Assembly: GCA_038858525.1 (NCBI GenBank)
Contig: JAWCFL010000024.1
Coordinates: 1 to 27,075, forward strand
Length of the DNA stretch: 27,075 nucleotides
Direction: 5' to 3'
Source: Candidatus Jordarchaeales archaeon
GTDB lineage: Archaea; Asgardarchaeota; Jordiarchaeia; Jordiarchaeales; Freyrarchaeaceae
Part shown: positions 8,847 through 16,649 of the stretch, piece by piece
Layout: each line of letters begins with the position of its first letter
Position numbering within the stretch: the stretch's first letter is position 1
The notes under the pieces: model-generated
The model's database searches: none
What the model was told of the DNA's origin: nothing
Seen by the model: only the letters and a program-made list of their open reading frames with translations
Program-made: the position numbers and the translations under genes

Positions 8847-8861
8847 TATAACATAGTTATA
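8847..8861. promoter_or_regulatory. TATAAC-ATA-GTTATA palindrome 45 nt upstream of the iscS-like operon
   Basis: Same half-sites and 3-nt spacer as the cysK-upstream motif. Confidence 0.6.
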
Positions 8862-8968
8862 AGAGTTTCGTATTTAAACAGCGAAACTATCCCTCTTCGA
8901 AAAAGCTTTATTTTCCCTCTCCTTCAAGTAAGCTAGCTTCCCTCCAAAAGTGAATACAAGAAAGGTGA

Positions 8969-10150
8969 GTGATGAAAATTTTCGCCTCCCTTCCACTGGA
9001 AGACATATGGAGAATCGTAGCAACGGAATTTACTGTTTCAGACGGGTTCCTGGACGATGAAGGTGTACCAACATTTATCTTACCCCCAGACCAAGAAACA
9101 AAAGAGCCATTCAAACGCCTCCTAGAAAAACTAAGGCTCTACAACCTTTTAGCAGTCATGCGATACGCTAGCCTAGACACAGCGTATACAAGCCAGCCGA
9201 ACTACCCTTTAAAAACGGAAAAAGTAATAATGATAAAGGTCTTCCCGATGGAGGAAAAAAGGAGAAGAAGCGTCTTAATCAATTTAGCCCTCCTCGCTGT
9301 GACAACGGTAACTATATTCTTCGCAGGATACTACTACGCCAATGAGTTTAATAGTAGTCTTCTCTTCCTATTCTTCTTCTTCGGGCTCCCTCTTACATCC
9401 TATCAGTCCCCAATAATCAACGCGGTATACTACACCCTTGCAATATACGGAATAATAGGGCTTCACGAAATGGCACACTACACTGTCTCAAAGATAAGAG
9501 GTGTTAAAGCGACGCTGCCATACTTTATTCCTGGATGGCCCTTCGGAACATTCGGTGCGCTAATAATGCAGGAAACACCAGTAGCAAATAGAGACGAGCT
9601 CTTCGATGTTGGAGTCAGTGGTCCAATAACGAGCCTCATAATAGCGGTCATAGCAACAATCGCAGGGATAATGATTGCACCCGTAATACCGTGGCCCACA
9701 GTATACGAAATGGAAGAAATTTCAAGGCAAATGAACGTCCAGCTACTCAGCCCACTACCCACACCTCTCCTATACGAACTAATCAGAGGAATAGTACCCA
9801 AACCCGCCTACGGAGTAGAATTACTACATCCTCTACTCTGGGCTTCATGGGCCGGCATGCTAATCGTTGCCCTCAATCTCTTTCCGATTGGACAGCTTGA
9901 TGGAGGACATTGTGCCCGTGCCGTGCTAGGCATGAGAACACATTACTTTGCATCGATCATTTCGGCTGTGGTCATGGCACTGTTGGGGTACTTCCCCATG
10001 GCGCTGTTGGCTCTTCTACTCTCCATGAGGGGGCACCCCGGGCCCCTAGACGACGTATCTAAAACAACTACCTCAAGAAAAATAGGATTCATCGTTTGCC
10101 TTATCCTAGCAATTCTCTGCATACCGCCATTAACTTTCTCGTTCTTTTAA
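8969..10150 (+). CDS. Site-2 protease (peptidase M50) family intramembrane metalloprotease
   Basis: HEMAH (HExxH), NLFPIGQLDGGH, GPITS, multiple TM helices, soluble N-terminal domain. Confidence 0.93.
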   Translation: MMKIFASLPLEDIWRIVATEFTVSDGFLDDEGVPTFILPPDQETKEPFKRLLEKLRLYNLLAVMRYASLDTAYTSQPNYPLKTEKVIMIKVFPMEEKRRRSVLINLALLAVTTVTIFFAGYYYANEFNSSLLFLFFFFGLPLTSYQSPIINAVYYTLAIYGIIGLHEMAHYTVSKIRGVKATLPYFIPGWPFGTFGALIMQETPVANRDELFDVGVSGPITSLIIAVIATIAGIMIAPVIPWPTVYEMEEISRQMNVQLLSPLPTPLLYELIRGIVPKPAYGVELLHPLLWASWAGMLIVALNLFPIGQLDGGHCARAVLGMRTHYFASIISAVVMALLGYFPMALLALLLSMRGHPGPLDDVSKTTTSRKIGFIVCLILAILCIPPLTFSFF

Positions 10151-10264
10151 ACCCGCCACTTAAGTCTACAAATAGAGGAAGCTGCGTGTGGAAAAGACAT
10201 ATTGAATAAAATCAAAATCGAATTTTCATTTATTTAATTGGTTAAAGGAGACGCTCAGCTTCGT

Positions 10265-11524
10265 TTATTTCTTTTTTATGGAGGCGAGGATGGCGGCTCC
10301 GTGTGGTACCACTTTGATTTTTGCGTTTTTCCCGATCGTTTCGAGTGCTTTTCTCAGCCCGTCTTCCACGCTTTCGATCGGTGTTACGTTAAAGACGTTC
10401 TCTAGTTCTTCTGCTGGGAGGGAGGACAGCATGAATATTTTTACTTTTTCTAGGGCTTTCGCCAGGTAGTAGGCTTTGTGTCCACCCATCTTGAAGTTGC
10501 TTTTCAGTCTTTTTTCCATTTCGTCTATGCTTAGTTTTTCTTTCATCCACTCGTAGAAAACTTGGTTTCCGACTCCATCTCTACATTCTGCTAGGAAGAT
10601 TACGCATCCTCCGTCTTTCACCATTGGGATTACGTTGTCTAGTGCTTTGTGTGCCTGGTAGAAGTCGATGTCCTTTGGGTATCCTCCGGCGCTCAGTATG
10701 ATTATGTCGGCGGGTTCGCTTTCAGCCTTGTAGAGGCTGTCGACAAGCTTTACGCCTTCCATGAAGGCCGCTTCAAGGTCTCCGCTGAAAGCCCGGACTA
10801 TTTCGCCCTTAGTGTTCTGGACCACGTTCACTATGAAGTCTGGTTTGGCTAGGCGGGCCGCTTCTGTCATGTCGAGGTGTACTGGGTTGCCGTCGAGCAC
10901 GCCACTCCTAGCGGCTGGGTGAAGCATCATGGCGTGGTTGAAGAGTATGGTTTCCCGCGCCGAGACACCTGGAAGTATGCTCTTCCGCCCACCTGTGTAT
11001 CCCGCATAGTAATGGAAAGTTATGTCGCCGGTGAGTATCTTTGCATCCGCCTCCGCCACTAGAGAGTTAATATAAATCCTGTTGCCGAAGGAGGTCTCAC
11101 CGAGGAAGGTTAAGTTGCCGTCGCAGTCATGGCTAACCCACTCATACTTGCTCCAAACGTCTTCTCCCAGTATTGCCTTCGCCTCGTCGTCTTTCACCTT
11201 CCTGTGAGTGCCGCAGCCAAAAATTATGGTTATGTCCCTGCTTGGGAAACCTATCTCGTCGAGTTCGCCGAGGAGGGCCGCCAGAATCTCGCGTGTCCTA
11301 GTGTCCCTCGTGTGGTCGTTCACCACTATGACGGCGTCACGCTTACCCCTCATCACCACGTGAAGGGGTGGACTACCTATCGGGTTCCTGATGCTTCTTT
11401 TGATTTCGCCCACCGGGTTGGCGCATCCCGGCACGTCTCTGACCTCGAGTGTACCGGCGAAGTTCTCGTCGGGCACTTCAAAACTCACTTCGGTAGAGCC
11501 GTACTTCAAAGCGAACTTAACCAA
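10265..11524 (-). CDS. larA: Nickel-pincer-dependent lactate racemase family protein (LarA), copy 1
   Basis: NDHTR, CGTHR, FHYYAGYTGGRKSILPG, FNH, GGYPKDIDFYQAHKA; start placed at TTG 11524 after a GGTGG SD. Confidence 0.9.
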   Translation of the reverse strand: MVKFALKYGSTEVSFEVPDENFAGTLEVRDVPGCANPVGEIKRSIRNPIGSPPLHVVMRGKRDAVIVVNDHTRDTRTREILAALLGELDEIGFPSRDITIIFGCGTHRKVKDDEAKAILGEDVWSKYEWVSHDCDGNLTFLGETSFGNRIYINSLVAEADAKILTGDITFHYYAGYTGGRKSILPGVSARETILFNHAMMLHPAARSGVLDGNPVHLDMTEAARLAKPDFIVNVVQNTKGEIVRAFSGDLEAAFMEGVKLVDSLYKAESEPADIIILSAGGYPKDIDFYQAHKALDNVIPMVKDGGCVIFLAECRDGVGNQVFYEWMKEKLSIDEMEKRLKSNFKMGGHKAYYLAKALEKVKIFMLSSLPAEELENVFNVTPIESVEDGLRKALETIGKNAKIKVVPHGAAILASIKKK

Positions 11525-11635
11525 GAAACCACCCAGAATACGAGTAACATGAACACCTATAAAAATTCTCCAGAACGACAAAAAAGATATATTTCGGGAT
11601 AAATTGACCTACAAACAGAAAGTTAAACCGGGAGA

Positions 11636-12112
11636 GTGAATGAGTTGTCACAGGCAAGCGTAAAGGCAATAGCGCTAGCTTTAACAGTAATAGTTGTCGC
11701 CTCCCTTGGAGCTGCGGGATACCTTTACTACCAGAACAATGTAGCACAGCAACAACAAAGACAATTGCTCACCCTCATCTTATACCACGACTTAACACAC
11801 GTAACAGTAATAATAGATTACGGAAACGGAACAAAGGAATCACATACAGTAACATTCACGCCCGGAATAACAGCACTTCAAGCACTAGAAGAAGTAGCGC
11901 TAGTCAACAAAACATACTGGCAATCCTATGACTCATACTTCATTGATGCTATAAACGGTGTTTGGAATAACGAGAACAACAATGGTTACTGGTGGATTTA
12001 CAATGTTAAACATTACTTCTCATCTGAGGTTGAACACCCGAGTGTAGGTGCGAATAAGTATCAGCTTTCCGGAGGAGACACTGTAATTTTTGTCTACCAG
12101 TTCTATGGCTGA
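11636..12112 (+). CDS. Membrane-anchored DUF4430 (transcobalamin-C-terminal-like) protein
   Basis: N-terminal TM helix, then ITALQALEE..FIDAINGV..YWWIYNV..VGANKYQLSGGDTVIFVY. Confidence 0.8.
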   Translation: MNELSQASVKAIALALTVIVVASLGAAGYLYYQNNVAQQQQRQLLTLILYHDLTHVTVIIDYGNGTKESHTVTFTPGITALQALEEVALVNKTYWQSYDSYFIDAINGVWNNENNNGYWWIYNVKHYFSSEVEHPSVGANKYQLSGGDTVIFVYQFYG

Positions 12113-12153
12113 GCGTTCAACATTATTTTTTATTTTTCTCTTTTATTAGAGAA

Positions 12154-12840
12154 GTGTTTTTGGGAAGGTATATTAGGATAATTTGTCCCATTATGACGGT
12201 GAGGGATGCTATAATGTATGTTGTTCCTAGGTCTGTTCGGGCTTCGCTTATCGGGGTTTTCACTGCTGCGGCTGTAGCTGGCACCTTTGCTCTTTCGCCT
12301 CTGCCTAACGTCGAAATTATCACGTTTTGCGCTTTTGTTGCTGGCTTTCTTTTTGGTAGTAGGGTCGGCGGCATGGTAGGCGCCCTGTCAATGTTTCTTT
12401 TTAGCGCTATTTCGCCTTATGGCTCAGGTTTAGGTTACCCTTTCCTGCTCCTTACTCAAGTCGTCGGGATGTCCATTGCCGGCTTAGTTGGAGGCTCACT
12501 CAGAAAAGTGCTCAGAAACCTCAAGTCGACTTCCCCCTGGTCCATGTATGTCTTTGGCGTGTCTGGAATCGCAGTCACTCTACTATATGACGCCATCACG
12601 ACTTTGGGTTTCATGTATCCCATGATTCCTTTCTCTGAGTTTCCCTCGGTTTTCGCTGCTGGAATTCCCTTTACCGTTGTCCACGTGGCGAGCAACGCTG
12701 TTCTCCTTGGCGTCGTGGCGCCATTCGTTGCGAGGTCTATTAGGTCAATGCTTGGAGAAGTTGAGGTTGAGTCTCACATCGCGGAAAAAAGGCTTCATGA
12801 AGTTGAAGGGGAGGATGCCGCCGAGACACGGCATGTGTAG
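12154..12840 (+). CDS. ECF transporter S component (CbrT-like, probably corrinoid)
   Basis: About 6 TM helices, LPNVEIITF motif, GIPFTVVHVASN; next to a DUF4430 gene; start uncertain. Confidence 0.75.
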   Translation: MFLGRYIRIICPIMTVRDAIMYVVPRSVRASLIGVFTAAAVAGTFALSPLPNVEIITFCAFVAGFLFGSRVGGMVGALSMFLFSAISPYGSGLGYPFLLLTQVVGMSIAGLVGGSLRKVLRNLKSTSPWSMYVFGVSGIAVTLLYDAITTLGFMYPMIPFSEFPSVFAAGIPFTVVHVASNAVLLGVVAPFVARSIRSMLGEVEVESHIAEKRLHEVEGEDAAETRHV

Positions 12841-12879
12841 GTTTTCCAAGCACATTACTCCTGCGGTGCCGTCTCTTAA

Positions 12880-12899
12880 TTGTTCCAGGCTGTCGAAAA
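12880..12899. repeat. TSD TTGTTC plus TIR at the tnpB 3' end
   Basis: TTGTTC|CAGGCTGTCGAAAA read directly. Confidence 0.9.
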
Positions 12900-13020
12900 A
12901 TTTGACTTCCTCTCTCAGCTCTGCTGGGTTCACCTCATCGGCATATAAGCCTTGACACCCCAGCTTCATTACGCTCACAGAGAGGCTTTCGGCGGAGCCT
13001 GAACCTCGCCACATCTTGAG
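12886..13020 (-). ncRNA. Putative omega-RNA scaffold overlapping the tnpB 3' end
   Basis: Position is as established for TnpB omegaRNAs; stems AGGCT/AGCCT, GGC-TTATAT-GCC, CAGC-AGA-GCTG; boundaries inferred. Confidence 0.5.
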
Positions 13021-13755
13021 CATGTTTAAACAAGCATTTATGTCCCTGTCTAAACCGCATTTTGGGCAGGTTTTCTCCATTGGAGCTATTTTTCCTCCGC
13101 ATCTGGAGCATATGCTGGAAGTTTTATGGGGGTTAAAATAAACCACATCAAAGCCATTCAACTTGTGCTTGTAATCAAGTAAGAATTGAAGTTTCCTGAA
13201 GCTCCATGTGTTCAGCCTTCGCTTGAGGTTCTTATTTCTTAAAGAGACTGGTTGGATTCTCTTACTAAACTTGTTGAACTTCTTAACCTTATAGTTTATG
13301 GCCTTCCTTATGTTCCTCAAGTCCTCCATGACGAGCGTTTTGCCTTTCGTTATCTCTGAAAGCCATTTTGTCAATTTGTGGAGCAAATCATGGACTCTGC
13401 GTTTTCTCCTCCCGGAATATTTAGCATAGAGGACCTTCTTAATCTTTGAATCCCCAATCCTTTGAATCCTTCTAAGCTTCCTTGAATAGGCTTCATGGAT
13501 TGCCCTAAGCTTGGAGGTATCTATCTTCCAGCAATTTCCAGAAGAATCAACCACTGTCACACTACACTCGTTAACATCTACAATACACTCATCTGGTCTC
13601 GTCAGATCGATCTCCTGTTTAAATGGAACTATTACCCAATTCATTCATTACAATCTCGCCTATCCTAAGCTTTCCCTCCCTCCAAAGCTTAATGAACTTC
13701 TCCTGGTAGCTCCCGAACTTCAAAGGGATTGTCAGGAACTCCCTTGGCTTGGCTG

Positions 13756-13781
13756 ATATTCTGAGCTTATATTCTGAGCTT
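13756..13781. repeat. 13-bp tandem duplication ATATTCTGAGCTT x2 inside tnpB
   Basis: 13756-13768 and 13769-13781 are identical. Confidence 0.9.
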
Positions 13782-14136
13782 ATCCCCTCGAAGTGCGTTA
13801 ACAACGGGCTGAACTCGATAAAAAGCTTCCTCGCTACTGGTCGCTCTCCTTTTGTCCTCTTCCAAGAGCTAAGCATGGAAACTGCAACCTTAATCGCCGA
13901 GATGAAGTATTGGCTGTTGTAGTCGTACCTGGCTTTAGCTCGTTGTAACATGCGTGGTGAAGGGCTTTGATGCTGAAGCTATTGGTCTCAAACGCTTTGT
14001 TCAGGCAGAAGTTGATCATGTCCCTGAAATCGTAGAGTAAGCGCTTTATCTCCGGAGTTATTTCATAACCGAACTTGACCGCTCTGATTATCTCTGTCAT
14101 TGATTTAACTATTAGTTAATTTATATTTAAACATCA

Positions 14137-14156
14137 TTTTCGACAACCTGTTGTTC
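14137..14156. repeat. TIR plus TSD TTGTTC at the tnpB 5' end
   Basis: TTTTCGACAACCTG|TTGTTC read directly. Confidence 0.9.
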
Positions 14157-14354
14157 TTTATACTTATGTTTTAACATTTAATGCTGTCCATGCATTCCGC
14201 TACGCGTTTTCTCATGTTTCGTTAACTTGGTCTTTAGATGTGGGCTCACAGCAAAGCTAGGAAACGACCCGGGCCTTAACTAATAACAGGGTCTTTTTCG
14301 GGTTTAATTCTAAATTTCTAAAATCCGGGAGCGGATAACGGCGTTAGGTTATTA

Positions 14355-14555
14355 TTAGTTTCCTGACATTAATACTAGGGCTCCGGTTTTGCATGCCATG
14401 GCACAAGTGAAGCATTCTCCTTTTTTGGCGCATTTGGAAACATCGACTTCAAATGGCTCTATTCTTGTTATGGCGTGTAGCGGGCATGAGTTCATGCATG
14501 ATGCACATTTACTACAGCGTTGGGGGTTTTTAAGTTGAGGGTAGTTGAACGGCAA
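14355..14555 (-). CDS. 2x[4Fe-4S] ferredoxin
   Basis: CSKCASCMNSCP and CAKKGECFTCAMACK; TTG start after GGTGG. Confidence 0.85.
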   Translation of the reverse strand: MPFNYPQLKNPQRCSKCASCMNSCPLHAITRIEPFEVDVSKCAKKGECFTCAMACKTGALVLMSGN

Positions 14556-14736
14556 AATGCCACCTTCAAGTTGTCAGCATGCATCACGGTAATGACAACT
14601 GCTTGCCGTTTTATTATAGTTTGCGCATTAGTGGAAACCTTTAAAGAGGAATTTCTCTTTCGGAAACGCGGTGGTTTGCATTCCTTTTGACGGCGTGAGC
14701 ATACCGACGAAAGGATACTTATTGGAGGTGCCTTCT

Positions 14737-15486
14737 ATGCCCGATATTTTCGATTTTCACACTCATGTTTACGATAGGGATTTTTGGTTTAGAGGTAAGG
14801 GGGTCTTACGGGCTTACGCTAAGGATTATTTTAAGTCTCCTGTGAGGCTTGCGGTTTCGCTTCCCCTGTTGGCGCGCTTCGAAAGCTGGATGAAGCCTCG
14901 TGAGCTTCGGCCGTCGAGCAGTAGTAGGCTTATTCTCTTCGACTTGGTCGGAAGTTTTTCTTCAATTTCTCCTTTGGGGTTGAAGCTTCACCCGCCTCTC
15001 CAGGACGTTTCGGCTTGTGATCCAGGGCTTGATGAGACATACGGGCTTGCCGAAAGGGAAGGGTGCCCCGTGGTGGTTCACTTCGGCTACTGTAGTGCTG
15101 GAAACTTGAGGTTCGCAGATCCCTTGAGCATAATTGAGGTGGTGGATAAGTTTCCAGGGTTAACCGTGGTAATGGCTCATATGGGAACTGGTAGGGGTAA
15201 CTACTGGGAAAACGCCAAGAGGGTAGCCCGTTGTTGTGATGGCGTTTACTTTGAGACATCGTGGGCGCCTCCGGGAGTTGTGAGGGAGGCTGTTGAGTTG
15301 TTCGGTGCTGAGAGAGTTGTCTTTGGGTCTGACTATCCGTTTAGGAGCGTGGAGGAAGAGCTTGACAAGGTGCTTTCTCTAGGTTTCTCTGACGAGGAGC
15401 TTTACAGGATTTTATGGAGGAACGCTGATGAGTTGCTTAGAGGGGTGATAAAACGTTCATCGTCCCTTATGGTGAGAGAAAAGTAA
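14737..15486 (+). CDS. Amidohydrolase-2 family metal-dependent hydrolase
   Basis: DFHTH, GLKLHP, VHFG, MAHMG, FETS, FGSDYP; ATG 14737 follows GGAGGTG. Confidence 0.88.
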   Translation: MPDIFDFHTHVYDRDFWFRGKGVLRAYAKDYFKSPVRLAVSLPLLARFESWMKPRELRPSSSSRLILFDLVGSFSSISPLGLKLHPPLQDVSACDPGLDETYGLAEREGCPVVVHFGYCSAGNLRFADPLSIIEVVDKFPGLTVVMAHMGTGRGNYWENAKRVARCCDGVYFETSWAPPGVVREAVELFGAERVVFGSDYPFRSVEEELDKVLSLGFSDEELYRILWRNADELLRGVIKRSSSLMVREK

Positions 15487-15488
15487 AG

Positions 15489-16643
15489 TTGAATGTTGAC
15501 GGAGTGCTTCTTAGCGGGGCGAGCGTAGCCCCCTCTTCGCCGTTGGGCGAACTTGTGGAGGAAAGTTTGAGGTTACCTGTTAAGTCAAAAAGGGTGGAGG
15601 AGCTTGATGGTGGAAGCGCCGTTATTCTTGTCGATGACTATACGCGAACAACTCCGGTGAGAGAAATTTTGCCGGTGGTTTTAGAGAGACTTAAGGTGGA
15701 TGGAGACGTCTCCGTGGTTGTAGCGTCTGGAACCCATAGGAAGATGAGTGAGGAGGAGCTGAAAAAGAAAATTGGTGAGGTATATTGGGAGCTCCCTGTT
15801 TTTCAACATGACCCAGATGAAAGACTGGTTTTTCTGGGTGAGACCTCGCGGGGGACGCCTGTATGGATTAATGAGCTTGCCGCTAGGGCCGACGTCCTCG
15901 TATCCATAGGTTCTGTGGCGCCTCACAACTTTTATGGGTGGAGTGGAGGGGCGAAGATCGTTTTGCCGGGAGTGGCAGGGAGGGAAAGCATATCGTGTAA
16001 CCATAAGTTGGCTGAGCATCCAGATGCGCGTCTAGGAAACCCGGAGAGCCCGGCAAGACTTGATGCTGAGGAGGCGGCGAAGAAGCTTAGGACCTTTTTC
16101 TCCATCAACGTGGTTAAGAACGTGAGGAGTGAGGTTGTCCATGTTTCTTCTGGAGATGTTGTTGCCGCTCATAGGGCTGCAGTGGAGGTGGCTATGAGAG
16201 TTATTGGTGTTAAAGCCCCCTGGGCTTCCGACGTGACAATAGTGAGCTCGCACCCTTACGATAATGACTTATGGCAGGCTGGAAAGGCCCTCTTCTCCGC
16301 TGCCAACATTACTAGGGAGGGAGGAACCATAATACTGCTATCCCCCATGAGGGAAGGCGTATGCGTGCACTATCCTCAATTCGAGCGCCTTCTTTCCTTA
16401 CCGCCTGAGGAAATAAGTAAAGAGGCTGCTAGTGCACCTCTGGAAGCCACTGTTGCTCTCCAAATAAAGAGGATGCAAGAAAGGTTTAACTGCATCATAA
16501 TTTCTGACGGAGTGACCGGAGAGCAGGCGGAGAGGATGGGGTTTAAGTGGTTTTCTTCGCCGCAGGAGGCGATTGACCAAAGCTTGAAGAGAAACGGAAG
16601 GGTGACTGTTATTCCCAACCAGCTTATTTACCCTTATCGGTGA
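15489..16643 (+). CDS. larA: LarA-family 2-hydroxyacid racemase/epimerase, copy 2
   Basis: VDDYTR, SGTHR, PHNFYGWSGGAKIVLPG, CNH, HPYDNDLWQAGKA. Confidence 0.88.
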   Translation: MNVDGVLLSGASVAPSSPLGELVEESLRLPVKSKRVEELDGGSAVILVDDYTRTTPVREILPVVLERLKVDGDVSVVVASGTHRKMSEEELKKKIGEVYWELPVFQHDPDERLVFLGETSRGTPVWINELAARADVLVSIGSVAPHNFYGWSGGAKIVLPGVAGRESISCNHKLAEHPDARLGNPESPARLDAEEAAKKLRTFFSINVVKNVRSEVVHVSSGDVVAAHRAAVEVAMRVIGVKAPWASDVTIVSSHPYDNDLWQAGKALFSAANITREGGTIILLSPMREGVCVHYPQFERLLSLPPEEISKEAASAPLEATVALQIKRMQERFNCIIISDGVTGEQAERMGFKWFSSPQEAIDQSLKRNGRVTVIPNQLIYPYR

Positions 16644-16649
16644 TAGAAA

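Larger units (their letters stand above)
12745..14100 (-). pseudogene. tnpB: TnpB RNA-guided nuclease split over three ORFs (14100-13834, 13951-13619, 13644-12745)
   Basis: RuvC-I VDVNE, RuvC-II VMEDL, Zn finger CSRCG..CPKCG, RuvC-III DRDINA; frame switches near 13935 and 13640. Confidence 0.9.
12886..14150 (-). mobile_element. 1265-bp non-autonomous tnpB element with 14-bp TIRs and a 6-bp TSD
   Basis: CAGGCTGTCGAAAA (12886-12899) vs reverse complement of 14137-14150, CAGGTTGTCGAAAA (13/14); TTGTTC at 12880-12885 and 14151-14156; only tnpB inside. Confidence 0.9.

Noticed and set aside
12745-12885. Truncation of the ECF S-component gene by the insertion
   Set aside because: Its stop (12840) lies 40 nt before the TSD, so the insertion is intergenic.
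14569-14600. 8-bp inverted repeat AGTTGTCA/TGACAACT in the ferredoxin/amidohydrolase spacer
   Set aside because: Single occurrence, 16-nt spacer, no second copy to support an operator call.
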